A stretch of DNA of 64,000 nt, taken from the sequence record SRR20825006_1225. One strand, given 5' to 3'. Positions within the stretch are counted from its first letter, which is position 1. The number at the start of each line of letters is the position of its first letter. The translations under genes were made by a program, and so were the position numbers. The notes beneath the pieces were generated by a model that saw only the letters and a program-made list of their open reading frames with translations, had not been told where the DNA came from and made no database searches. Shown piece by piece: positions 48,565 to 58,766 of the stretch.

Positions 48565-50163
48565 TTACTGTTCGCTTAAGCAGTCACCAGTAACACATAA
48601 GGTTACACTTGCTTTATTTAATACATTTATACTTGGTAATGTTGAACCAAATTTAGCTTCAATCACATCTATCATTTCATTAACAATAAGTGCGTTACCT
48701 CTGGGGTTTGGATGTATCCCGTCGGTAGATATAACACCAGATGGAGCAAAGTCAGGAGATAAGTCAACTCCATCTACCGTAATTCCAGGAACTCCATCAC
48801 TTAAACCAAATATATCTGCAAATGCTCCAGTTGAAGCATTGATATCATACAACGCTAATCTACTTGAATTTGCGTTTACAACAGCTGCAATCATACCATT
48901 AAACGTCTGGCGACTTGTCTCAATCTCAACTTGCTCTGCAAGTGTTAAATAGTATTTATCTCCACTTAGAGACCCATCGGCATTGAAGCCTAATGGTATA
49001 ACAATTCCTACAGGTTTATTTGCGTCTCCACCAAAAGAAGTGTTAACTACAGAGGCTGCAGAAAGCACTACTAACTCACCACTAACTAGCGGTCTAGATT
49101 GCTCGTATGGCACTAAATCTTGACGATTCGCATCCGGTAAACCTAGTAAATCAAATTTCGGACCTAGATCTTCTAACGTCTCGTCAATAACTAATATCGG
49201 ATTTGAGCCTGCAGCATATGCGATTTTTCGCTTATCGATATCTGCTTGTGCGTGAATCGAATTGTCTGCTAATGCCTGTAATGCACCATTTACACCAGCC
49301 AGCCCAGTATTGAGTAGAGTTGCTTTGTCCGCATCTAACGGAATAGCATTCCAACTAACTGCTCTGAAGTACGCTAATCCTAAAAATGAAGGAATATTTG
49401 CAACCATACCATCCGCCGTTGTATTCGCCATTAATTGACCTACCACAGTGGAAAATCTAGTTTGGAAGTCTGCATTAGATGTTAAAATTGCGGGATTAGA
49501 AGCTCCTCCTGTTGCGTAACCCAAAACGTCATTGTTACCAATCCAAAGCGAGAAGAAAGTTGGCTGTGCTGCAATTACATCACCCAATATAGTTGATGTA
49601 CCTGGACTAGAGGCAAAACGTGCATAAAAAGGATTAAATGCTGCGTTTCCGGGAGTACCAGTTCCAGCTGTTAAAAGTTGACCAACCTGAATCCCAGGAA
49701 CACCAAAATTATTTAGTGGTTGGCCTCCTGAATAAGCAGTTATCGCATCTCCATTAATAGTTGGAGATGGTCCTGGAATACTCGTATCTAATTTAAACCT
49801 GCCAAATACAATATTACCAGCAGGTGCTACATTGGTATTGTACCCATTTACAGAATTAATATCTGGTTGATTGAAGGTATAATCTCCAGCCGATGTAGCT
49901 GCGAAGCTTGATGCTAACATCGCTCCAATCGAGTTACTTTGCCCGCTGGTATACAATGCGCCATCCATATATCCTGCAGTTAGCGAATTACCAATAGCTA
50001 CATATTTCGAAAAATCCGCAGATCCTGAGTTGTATTCAGCTGCTTCGGGTAGCGGATTGTCTTCCAATTGATCATTAACAAGCGAGTCTTCTATTCCTTC
50101 ACAGGAGTATCCAACTAGGCCAGCAACAATCAGTAATAAAAATGCTTTATATAATTTATTCAT
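48565..50163 (-). CDS. GDSL/SGNH-family lipolytic lipoprotein
   Basis: Lipobox 'GYSC'; block I 'GNSLTAG', 'NNFGVPG', 'WIGNNDVL', 'DGIHPN'. Confidence 0.88.
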   Translation of the reverse strand: MNKLYKAFLLLIVAGLVGYSCEGIEDSLVNDQLEDNPLPEAAEYNSGSADFSKYVAIGNSLTAGYMDGALYTSGQSNSIGAMLASSFAATSAGDYTFNQPDINSVNGYNTNVAPAGNIVFGRFKLDTSIPGPSPTINGDAITAYSGGQPLNNFGVPGIQVGQLLTAGTGTPGNAAFNPFYARFASSPGTSTILGDVIAAQPTFFSLWIGNNDVLGYATGGASNPAILTSNADFQTRFSTVVGQLMANTTADGMVANIPSFLGLAYFRAVSWNAIPLDADKATLLNTGLAGVNGALQALADNSIHAQADIDKRKIAYAAGSNPILVIDETLEDLGPKFDLLGLPDANRQDLVPYEQSRPLVSGELVVLSAASVVNTSFGGDANKPVGIVIPLGFNADGSLSGDKYYLTLAEQVEIETSRQTFNGMIAAVVNANSSRLALYDINASTGAFADIFGLSDGVPGITVDGVDLSPDFAPSGVISTDGIHPNPRGNALIVNEMIDVIEAKFGSTLPSINVLNKASVTLCVTGDCLSEQ

Positions 50164-50178
50164 TGTTAAGTCCTTTCC

Positions 50179-53049
50179 TTAATTCAAGAATTGATCAAAT
50201 GTTAGGGAGATATAATAGATAGCACCTATAGTAGGGTTACCAAATGATGTGGTATATCTTTCGTTCAAAATATTACTTCCACCTAGTTTAACTATGGTAT
50301 TAGCTGAAGATATTTTGTAGCTAACCTGAGCATCGAAAGTGCCAAATGCAGGCACAACACCATCACCAAATGATGAATCCCAATAGAAAGCATCTTGCCA
50401 TCTATACACCATATTAAACCCAACGTTATCAATGAAATTTCTATTCTCAAATTTAACGTTGTATCTCCATTTTGGCGTGTTATAGCTTGATCGAAAACCT
50501 TGATCACGAAGATCCTGCTCACTAATTAACTCATTGTAGGCAACATTACCTCCGAGCTTATAACCACCATCAAAAGAGTAATCCATGCTTACCCCAAAAC
50601 CTTGTGATTTAACTTCCCCTTCAGCGTTAACATCAAAACCATACTCTTGGGTTACTACTCCACCTTGGATAATATCGTCTTTACCTGCATCACTATTAGC
50701 ATTAAAAGCTCCTGGATCTTGTGTTAGACCATTTGGAACTCCTTGAACAAACTGTATTTCTGCAATGAAATCAGTGTATTTACTGTAGTAATAGTAGGCG
50801 TCAACGAGTAGTCTATCGGTCAGGAAGCCTTTATAGCCAAATTCATAGGTGCTAATTTTTTCTGTCTTGAAATCATCAAACTCTACTGCTTCTAACTCTG
50901 CTCTTGCAGAAGCGCTGGTTCCACCTGCATTGAATACTGATTGAGCAGCAGCTACACTTTGTGCTGAGTAAACTGTATTTGTTTCAAATCTGTATCTATC
51001 AACTAAATCTTGATTACTACCAATTAGTAGTCTAGTAACAACATCTAGCTTAATGAACTGATCCTGCGTGGTAGGCATTCTAAACCCATTCTGGAAAGAC
51101 GCTCTAAAGTTATGTCGATCTGCTAGGGTATAAATTGCTGAAACTCTTGGAGAGAATTGACCTTCAAAATATTCGTTTTTATCATAGCGAACAGATCCCG
51201 AAAGGGTTAGATCTTCGTCTAACAAAGATTTTGTTGCTTGTAGATAACCACCATACTCATTGATATCATACTCATCACCGTTATTATCAAGTGCAAATAA
51301 CGTGGCCTCAGAGTTCAGATCATATAATCTGTAGTTAACACCGCCTATTAACTCCACCTTTTCTGGATCAATGACGTTAGAGAAGTTATATAGCCCCTCA
51401 ACATGATACATATCGGATTTCTCTACGAATAAAGCGCCACCATTAGAAATGGATTTACTCCTCAAGTCTTTCATTAAGGTTTTGAAATTTTCTGATCCAG
51501 GTAAGTTATTCTGTTGATTTGCAGTAGCTGTTTGTTGTGCTGCTGCATGGGCTTGCTCTACAGAAGCACCTTGAGTTCTCGCCCCTAAAAATGTTTGGAA
51601 ATAAGGTGTTAAATAAACTGCTTGATTAATGCGTGTTGCTACAGTGTTTGCCGCGTAAGAATCTCCCGCATCTTCTTGAGTTGTATACGCTCTTAAAAAG
51701 AAGTTAGGGTTTCTAAGTTCTAGTTTAGCCGTCCAAATATTGAAATCGTCCAATACAAAACGATCATTAGCTGTATAAACAGTACTCCCAAAACCAGTAT
51801 TATACTGTGCTAAAACTTCATAATTATCGGTTAAACGATAATGCAAAGCAGCTCCTAATTTTAAACTTTCAGTAGTATTATCTACATAAGAGTTTTCAGA
51901 AAAACCTGGGGCAGAAAAAGCGCCAGCTTGTCCATCTGGTATAAGCGATCTTAATGCCGCTACTTGAGCACCTTGAGCACCACCTCCAGCAATTACTCCG
52001 TCCGCAATTGATCCAAGAGTAAATACATCATCACCGTAAATATTTACACCGTTATAAACACGAGCACCATTTCTTTCAGTTACTCCACGTTCAACAACTC
52101 CCCCTGTTAAAAAGCTTTGATCTCTTGTATCTTGGCCTACAAAATCTTTAGCTCTTAGATAAGATGCGGTAATTTTAAACGCTATTTTATCATTGAATGA
52201 ATCAGCATATCTCAAATCATATGATTGATATAGCTGAGGATCACTTTCAACAGCACTGTCAAAGTGATTCATTCCAAGCTTCGTATTAAATGAAAGTCCT
52301 TTATACTCGAAAGGGCTCTTACTATTCATTAATAAAATACCATTTAACGCATTAGGACCGTAAAGTGCTGAAGCAGCACCAGGCATCATTTCAGCACTTT
52401 CCAAGTCTAGCTCAGAAATACCCACAATGTTACCCACTGCAAAGTTAAGACCTGGTGCTTGATTATCGATTCCATCTATTAATTGTACAAATCGAGGATT
52501 ACCGTTTGAACCAAACCCACGAGCGTTAACAGATTTAAACGTCATACTTTGAGTACTAAAGTCTACCCCTTTCAGGTTTGCAATGGCATCATAGAAAGAA
52601 GGTGACGCTGAAGACTGAATTTGAATTACATCCATTTTTTCAATAGAAACAGGAGATTTTAAAATACTCTGTTCAACTCTGGAAGCAGACACTACAAGCT
52701 CTTCTCCCAAAAATGTGCGCTCTTGCATTCTAACTTCTAAATCAGAAGTGTTAGAATCTGATATATCTACTTCTTCGGTTTGGAAGCCTACAATAGAAAA
52801 AACTAGGGTTAGTGGCGGATCTTGTTTTACTGAAAGTGAAAACATCCCATTGCCATCAGTGGTTGTACCAACCAATTTATCTTTAACGCGGACATTTACT
52901 CCCGCAAGTGGCTCTCCGTTAACGTCTAGTACCTGACCCGATACTTCAGTTACAGCTTCTGTAATATGTAAACCGTTATCGGCAACAGAAACATACGAAA
53001 ATACGAGAACCATGCTAAATACAAGCATACATCGTATTAATTTACTCAT
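50179..53049 (-). CDS. TonB-dependent receptor with N-terminal carboxypeptidase-regulatory-like domain
   Basis: 'GEPLAGVNV...GTTTDGNG.F', TonB-box-like 'ELVVSASR', plug 'GAASALYG', C-terminal barrel strands. Confidence 0.92.
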   Translation of the reverse strand: MSKLIRCMLVFSMVLVFSYVSVADNGLHITEAVTEVSGQVLDVNGEPLAGVNVRVKDKLVGTTTDGNGMFSLSVKQDPPLTLVFSIVGFQTEEVDISDSNTSDLEVRMQERTFLGEELVVSASRVEQSILKSPVSIEKMDVIQIQSSASPSFYDAIANLKGVDFSTQSMTFKSVNARGFGSNGNPRFVQLIDGIDNQAPGLNFAVGNIVGISELDLESAEMMPGAASALYGPNALNGILLMNSKSPFEYKGLSFNTKLGMNHFDSAVESDPQLYQSYDLRYADSFNDKIAFKITASYLRAKDFVGQDTRDQSFLTGGVVERGVTERNGARVYNGVNIYGDDVFTLGSIADGVIAGGGAQGAQVAALRSLIPDGQAGAFSAPGFSENSYVDNTTESLKLGAALHYRLTDNYEVLAQYNTGFGSTVYTANDRFVLDDFNIWTAKLELRNPNFFLRAYTTQEDAGDSYAANTVATRINQAVYLTPYFQTFLGARTQGASVEQAHAAAQQTATANQQNNLPGSENFKTLMKDLRSKSISNGGALFVEKSDMYHVEGLYNFSNVIDPEKVELIGGVNYRLYDLNSEATLFALDNNGDEYDINEYGGYLQATKSLLDEDLTLSGSVRYDKNEYFEGQFSPRVSAIYTLADRHNFRASFQNGFRMPTTQDQFIKLDVVTRLLIGSNQDLVDRYRFETNTVYSAQSVAAAQSVFNAGGTSASARAELEAVEFDDFKTEKISTYEFGYKGFLTDRLLVDAYYYYSKYTDFIAEIQFVQGVPNGLTQDPGAFNANSDAGKDDIIQGGVVTQEYGFDVNAEGEVKSQGFGVSMDYSFDGGYKLGGNVAYNELISEQDLRDQGFRSSYNTPKWRYNVKFENRNFIDNVGFNMVYRWQDAFYWDSSFGDGVVPAFGTFDAQVSYKISSANTIVKLGGSNILNERYTTSFGNPTIGAIYYISLTFDQFLN

Positions 53050-53150
53050 AACTAATCCAGATTTATTATTGTTGTAGTCTTATTTTAATCTTAAAGCGGA
53101 CTCGATGTTTTTAAAACCGCACATTAGCAAAGAAACGTTGGTTTCTCGGA

Positions 53151-53170
53151 TTATGCAAGCGCTTTCATAA
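53151..53170. promoter_or_regulatory. LacI-type palindromic operator upstream of the TonB receptor
   Basis: TTATGCAAGCGCTTTCATAA, 18/20 self-complementary and CG-centred. Confidence 0.65.
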
Positions 53171-53255
53171 ATAAAAAAGTAAAACTTACCTTCCATGTTA
53201 ATAGTGATTTTATTCGTTACTATTATTTCTATTTTGGATTAACATAACTTATCAT

Positions 53256-53933
53256 ATGTACAAATTACTTTCTCTTTTAGTAATCTCTTTTTTTCTATTC
53301 CCCTCTTCAACTTACGCACAACAGCAATTTAACTATTTAGCCCTAGGAGACTCCTATACAATTGGAGAATCCGTAGCCCCAAGCTTAAGATGGCCCGTAC
53401 AATTAGTTGATTCGTTGAACACCTCAAATAAATCTCAATATAATCCACCTCAAATAATTGCGCGAACGGGCTGGACAACAAGCGAACTTCAAAAGGCCAT
53501 TGAGGAAAGTACTATTTCGGAAACTTATGATTTAGTCTCTTTGTTGATAGGAGTCAATAACCAATACCGAGGTTATGACATTGAACTTTATAGAGTGGAG
53601 TTCAGAGCATTATTGGAGAAATCGATTTATTTTGCAGGAAATGATACCTCAAGAGTATTCGTGGTTTCTATTCCAAACTATGGTGTTACGCCATTTGGGA
53701 TTAGAAAAGGGGAGGAAAAAATCCGAAAAGAGTTGCTAGAATATGACAAGATAGCGGAACAAATTTCCTCCGAATATGGTATCCCATTTGTTAATATCAC
53801 ACCAATCTCTGAAAGAGCTAAAACAGATTCTAGCTTAATAGCCAATGACCAACTTCATCCTTCGGGGAAAATGTATTCGGAATGGGTTCATAAAATTCTT
53901 CCAGTGGTTAAATTTCTACTTTCAGAATACTAG
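53256..53933 (+). CDS. Exported SGNH/GDSL hydrolase
   Basis: 'LALGDSYTIGE', 'ARTGWTT', 'LIGVNNQYRG', 'DQLHPSG'. Confidence 0.9.
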   Translation: MYKLLSLLVISFFLFPSSTYAQQQFNYLALGDSYTIGESVAPSLRWPVQLVDSLNTSNKSQYNPPQIIARTGWTTSELQKAIEESTISETYDLVSLLIGVNNQYRGYDIELYRVEFRALLEKSIYFAGNDTSRVFVVSIPNYGVTPFGIRKGEEKIRKELLEYDKIAEQISSEYGIPFVNITPISERAKTDSSLIANDQLHPSGKMYSEWVHKILPVVKFLLSEY

Positions 53934-53987
53934 AATCCAAATTAGCCAGTTACTACTTCATAAGTTAATATTTTAACCAAACTAATT

Positions 53988-54668
53988 ATGTTAAAACGCT
54001 TTATACCAACACTATTTATCTTTTTGTTATTTATTGGATGCTCAGCAAAAGCTCAAGTTGCAGACAATACAATATCCATTGATATGTCCAAATCTGTTCA
54101 GCTACCTGCCGATTTGATTATCTTTAATATCAATCTAAATGCAGAAGGTTCAACTCCTAAAGAAGCGTTCAGCTTACACAAAAAAAGAGAACAACTTTTA
54201 GCGTCTCTCTTAAAAGACCTACACATTGATGCCAAGGATATTAAATTCCAGCCAATACAAATTAGCAAACGTTACCGCAACGACGATAAAAACCTGTATT
54301 CCCAAACCTCACAACAAGTAAGCGTTACTTTTAGCGATTTCGGGATTTACGAGCAGATTCAACTCACTTTAATTGAAAATGGTTTTGATTCTTTTAACGG
54401 AAATTTTTCATCTACTAAGCTTGATGAAGGCAAAGACAACGCCCTTGAACTTGCCATAGAAGCTGCAAAGTCAAAAGCTCAATTCATTGCACAGAAGTCT
54501 GGTATTCAACTTGGTGCAATCAAAAACATTAATTATTCTGAATTTCAGGTTAGCCAAGGCTACCGAATGATGGAAGCAAAACTATCATCCGATTCAGAAC
54601 TCATGGACTTCCCACAAACAGTTACAGTTTCAGGTAACATTCACATTAGCTTTAATATCGAAAACTAG
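53988..54668 (+). CDS. SIMPL-domain (DUF541/YggE-like) exported protein
   Basis: 'TISI...VQLPAD', 'ALELAIEAAKSKAQFIA..SGIQLGAIKNI'. Confidence 0.8.
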   Translation: MLKRFIPTLFIFLLFIGCSAKAQVADNTISIDMSKSVQLPADLIIFNINLNAEGSTPKEAFSLHKKREQLLASLLKDLHIDAKDIKFQPIQISKRYRNDDKNLYSQTSQQVSVTFSDFGIYEQIQLTLIENGFDSFNGNFSSTKLDEGKDNALELAIEAAKSKAQFIAQKSGIQLGAIKNINYSEFQVSQGYRMMEAKLSSDSELMDFPQTVTVSGNIHISFNIEN

Positions 54669-55279
54669 CTGTTTTTAATTACGGGATATAAATATTCCCA
54701 AACCGTTTCGGCAACTAAAGCATGTCCCTTAGCAGTCGGATGGATTCCATCCGACTGATTTAATTCTGTACTTCCTCCCACTTTTTCTAATAAAAAAGGA
54801 ATGAGCAGTAATTCATTCTTTTTAGCTAATTCAGGAAATATACTAGCAAACTGCTGAGTATAATCGGTTCCTAAGTTCGGGGGAACTTGCATCCCCGCTA
54901 CAACAATCTCAGCCTCAGGATATTTAGCCAGCACTTTATCAATAATCTTCTGAAGATTTTCTTTAGTGGTGGAAAGATCAATTCCACGTAAAGCATCGTT
55001 TCCACCAAGCTCAAGAATCATCACATCAACCGTTCTTTGTAGCACCCAGTCAATTCGCCTAAGCCCACCTGCTGATGTTTCTCCGCTCAAACCAGCATTT
55101 ATCACATTAAAATTGAGTCCTAACGAATCAATACGATCTTGTATTAAAGCAGGAAATGCTTGTTGAGGCTCTATTCCAAACCCTGCTGTAATGCTATCCC
55201 CAAAAATTAAAATATTCTTTTTTTCTTGGGCAGTTACAGATGTAGCTAGTAAAAGAAATAGTATGCAAAAATTCTTCAT
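54665..55279 (-). CDS. TesA-like arylesterase/acyl-CoA thioesterase I (SGNH)
   Basis: 'FGDSITAG', 'NAGLSGETSAGG', 'ELGGND', 'DGIHP'; divergent from the ybbAP-like ABC genes. Confidence 0.9.
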   Translation of the reverse strand: MKNFCILFLLLATSVTAQEKKNILIFGDSITAGFGIEPQQAFPALIQDRIDSLGLNFNVINAGLSGETSAGGLRRIDWVLQRTVDVMILELGGNDALRGIDLSTTKENLQKIIDKVLAKYPEAEIVVAGMQVPPNLGTDYTQQFASIFPELAKKNELLLIPFLLEKVGGSTELNQSDGIHPTAKGHALVAETVWEYLYPVIKNS

Positions 55280-55435
55280 TATTATTATTTAGAAGGATAT
55301 GAGATTGAGTAATGTTCTAGTATAAATTTTTATGAACAAATTATATTTATCAACGTACTCAATGATTTTTTGGTGCGGAATGAATCGTACCTTTTAAATG
55401 GTTTACGAAGCAAGTTTAACAAATTGGATAATTAA

Positions 55436-56143
55436 GTGTCGGATATTCTTCAAGTCAGTAATTTAACACGTGAGTTTAAAAGTGGAAATAAAACACTCAC
55501 TGTTGTAAATAACATTAATTTCAGTATTCAAGAAAAAACAAGTTGTGCAATTGTTGGTCCATCGGGTAGTGGTAAAACAACTTTACTAGGACTCTGCGCC
55601 GGGCTAGACCGGCCTAGTTCAGGAAACGTGATTTTAAATGGCACAAACCTTTCTCCTCTAAATGAAGATGAACGTGCTGCTGTTAGAAATAAGCATGTTG
55701 GATTTGTCTTTCAAACTTTCCAATTAGTACCTACTCTAACTGCTCTTGAAAACGTAATGGTTCCTCTTGAGCTTCGTGGCGATGCTACTAGAAATGTGCG
55801 TATTAGGGCATTAGAATTACTTAAAGAAGTAGGCTTAGAAGATCGGTCCCATCATTATCCCACCCAACTTTCAGGAGGAGAACAACAGCGTGTTGCTATT
55901 GCTAGAGCCTTTATTAATGAGCCTAAAATCCTTTTTGCAGATGAGCCAACCGGAAACTTAGACTCCGAAACTGGAGCTCATATTGAGGAACTCATTTTCA
56001 ATTTAAATACACAACTAGGTACTACGCTAATACTTGTTACTCACGACCTAGAATTAGCGAACAAATGTTCACGAATTATAAAGCTAAAGAATGGGCAGTT
56101 AGATTCTGATACATTGAAAAAAGACAATGAGGCTACTGTTTGA
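55436..56143 (+). CDS. ABC transporter ATP-binding protein (YbbA/LolD-like)
   Basis: Walker A 'GPSGSGKT', 'LSGGEQQRV', 'ADEPTGNLD'. Confidence 0.93.
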   Translation: MSDILQVSNLTREFKSGNKTLTVVNNINFSIQEKTSCAIVGPSGSGKTTLLGLCAGLDRPSSGNVILNGTNLSPLNEDERAAVRNKHVGFVFQTFQLVPTLTALENVMVPLELRGDATRNVRIRALELLKEVGLEDRSHHYPTQLSGGEQQRVAIARAFINEPKILFADEPTGNLDSETGAHIEELIFNLNTQLGTTLILVTHDLELANKCSRIIKLKNGQLDSDTLKKDNEATV

Positions 56144-58674
56144 TGAATAATTGGTGGATTTTTAAAATGGCTTGGAGAGATTCTAGGTCGAATAGAAAAA
56201 AATTATTTCTTTATATGGCAGCCATCATTGTTGGTGTGGCTGCACAAGTTGCTATTACTTCGTTCCGTGCAAACCTCAATGCTAGTATTAGTGATCAAGC
56301 AAAAGAGCTTTTAGGCGCCGATCTTGAAGTTGAACGAAACGATACCTTACAAACCGAAGTTCTTGCCTATTTAGATTCGGTAAGCGTAAATCAAGCCTCG
56401 GCCGTTTCGTTTACCTCAATGGCTCTTTTTCCTAAAAACGGTTATACACGATTATCTCAAATCACCGCGCTTGACGGCGACTTCCCATTCTACGGAGCAT
56501 TTAAGACAAATCCTGTGGGTGCTGGAATGGAATTCCAGAAAACTAACTCCGCGCTCGTTGAAGAATCCATTTTAGTTCAATTTGATTTACAACCAGGTGA
56601 TTCTATAAAAATCGGATATCTGACTTATCTAATTTCTGGAGCACTGCAAGAAGTTCCTGGTCAGCCCGTAGCTAGCACATTAATTGGCCCTAGAATCTTC
56701 ATCCCCAAAGCCAATATTGAAAAAACAGGGTTAGTAGAACGTGGAAGTCGAATTGAATACAAACACTACATTAAATATAAAGATGGAATTAAGCCTGAAA
56801 TTGTTCGGGAAAAACTTGACCTACTAAATGATGAATTCGATTTCAGATTTGATGATGTAGCTGAACGAAAGGAAGAAGTTGGCCAAGCAATTAACTACCT
56901 CTCTGATTTTTTAAACCTAATTGGTTTCATTGCTCTTCTTTTGGGTGGTATTGGGGTATCTAGTTCTATTTTTGTTTATATCCGCCAAAAAATTAACACT
57001 GTTGCTGTTTTACGTTGTGTGGGTGTTTCTTCGAACCAAGCAATGGGAATCTATGTAATTCAAGCATTTTCAATGGGGCTCATTGGATCTGGTATTGGGG
57101 CTATCTTGGGAACCATTATCCAACTCTATCTTCCTGTTTTAGTTCAAGATTTTATCCCCGTAGATATCTCGCTTTCCATTTCTTGGTTTTCAGTGCTTAC
57201 TGGAATTATCACAGGTGTTTTAATCTCTGTGATATTCGCGATGTTCCCGTTATTAGCAGTTCGGAAAATATCTCCGCTATTTACGCTTCGTTCTTCTGAT
57301 GTTAACCTCTTTGGCTTATTAAGAAAAAGCACAAGAATACTTCTCATTGGATTAGTGGCGGTTTTCACTACTTCATACGCATGGTTGATGCTGAGCAATT
57401 TAATAGCAGCTATTTCTTTTACTTTAGGATTAGCATTCTGCCTGTTACTATTGCTTGGATTTTCTACCATCGTTACCAAACTTGCTCGCAAAATTATTCC
57501 ACAAGGTTGGAGTTACGAATGGCGACAAGGAATGGCTAATTTGTATCGTCCTAATAATCAAACAACAACACTTTTACTAACCTTTGGGTTAGGCGTCACC
57601 CTGATAAGTTCTCTCTACCTAACACAAGATATGCTTCTAGGAACTATCAATTTCGAAAGTGAGGACGATCTACCAAACCTAGCATTATTTGATATTCAGT
57701 ACGACCAAAACCAAGGTCTTAATGACATTATCAGAGATAATGGCTTAGAGATTATTCAAAATGTTCCCATTGTTACAATGCGGGTTCAAAAAATTAACAG
57801 TAACGACGTTCAAGACATACTAGCCGATACTAACCGGCAAGCCCGCCGTTGGGCCCTGACCAGAGAATATAGGTCAACCTACCGAGATTCTCTGGTCAAT
57901 ACAGAAACCTTGAACTCAGGAACATTCATTGGAATACATACAGATTTAGATAAAACCATTCCAATTTCTGTTGATATCGGATTAATGGAAGATTTGAATG
58001 TTGAACTAGGTGATACATTAATTTGGGATGTTCAAGGCATTCCTCTTAAAAGCTATATTGCCAGTACAAGAACGATCAACTGGAGTACACCTCAACCAAA
58101 CTTCTTTGTGGTATTCCCGTCCGGTATACTTGAAAGTGCTCCTCAGTTTTTTGCTACCACACTTAATACACCTGACAGAAGTGTCTCCTTAGACCTCCAA
58201 AGGCAAATTGTCATGGCATATCCCAATGTTTCTGCAATTGATGTAGGCCAAATTTTAGAAACCGTTCGTGCTTTTATTGATAAAATCACTTTTGTTATTC
58301 AGTTCATTGGGCTATTCAGCATTATAACTGGATTGATAGTACTTGCTGGGTCCGCTGCTACAAGTAGATTTCAACGGATTAAAGAGGCTGTTTTACTCAG
58401 AACACTAGGCGCTTCCAAAAAACAAGTTATTAAGATTCAAATTATCGAATATGCTCTATTAGGTATTATGGCTGCACTAACCGGGCTGATTTTATCGGTC
58501 GGTGCAAGTTACCTAATTGGCTACTTCTACTTTGATATCGACTTTGTACCTAACTTCATAATTCTCGGAACAGAAGTCGCTATACTTATAGCACTTGTTC
58601 TTACAATTGGCTTATTAAATACACGAGGAGTTCATAATAAACCACCGTTAGAGATATTAAGGTCTGAAGGATAA
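56140..58674 (+). CDS. ABC transporter permease (YbbP-like, double FtsX/MacB)
   Basis: 'AWRDSRS', 'LLGADL', two FtsX-like TM clusters, 'LRTLGAS'. Confidence 0.9.
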   Translation: MMNNWWIFKMAWRDSRSNRKKLFLYMAAIIVGVAAQVAITSFRANLNASISDQAKELLGADLEVERNDTLQTEVLAYLDSVSVNQASAVSFTSMALFPKNGYTRLSQITALDGDFPFYGAFKTNPVGAGMEFQKTNSALVEESILVQFDLQPGDSIKIGYLTYLISGALQEVPGQPVASTLIGPRIFIPKANIEKTGLVERGSRIEYKHYIKYKDGIKPEIVREKLDLLNDEFDFRFDDVAERKEEVGQAINYLSDFLNLIGFIALLLGGIGVSSSIFVYIRQKINTVAVLRCVGVSSNQAMGIYVIQAFSMGLIGSGIGAILGTIIQLYLPVLVQDFIPVDISLSISWFSVLTGIITGVLISVIFAMFPLLAVRKISPLFTLRSSDVNLFGLLRKSTRILLIGLVAVFTTSYAWLMLSNLIAAISFTLGLAFCLLLLLGFSTIVTKLARKIIPQGWSYEWRQGMANLYRPNNQTTTLLLTFGLGVTLISSLYLTQDMLLGTINFESEDDLPNLALFDIQYDQNQGLNDIIRDNGLEIIQNVPIVTMRVQKINSNDVQDILADTNRQARRWALTREYRSTYRDSLVNTETLNSGTFIGIHTDLDKTIPISVDIGLMEDLNVELGDTLIWDVQGIPLKSYIASTRTINWSTPQPNFFVVFPSGILESAPQFFATTLNTPDRSVSLDLQRQIVMAYPNVSAIDVGQILETVRAFIDKITFVIQFIGLFSIITGLIVLAGSAATSRFQRIKEAVLLRTLGASKKQVIKIQIIEYALLGIMAALTGLILSVGASYLIGYFYFDIDFVPNFIILGTEVAILIALVLTIGLLNTRGVHNKPPLEILRSEG

Positions 58675-58766
58675 TTTTAGTTATAACTTTATAACGATTT
58701 ATTAATCTTTGGAACTTATTCCTAATATATACTGTGTAAAAAATAAACACTAACTAACAGAATTAA

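Noticed and set aside
53237-53264. dif-like 28-mer (minus strand TTTGTACATAT-gataag-TTATGTTAATC)
   Set aside because: The XerD arm matches E. coli dif at 9/11, but the XerC arm is weak, lacks the inner ATAA and overlaps a start codon. Plausibly chance in AT-rich DNA; genome-wide GC skew would be needed.
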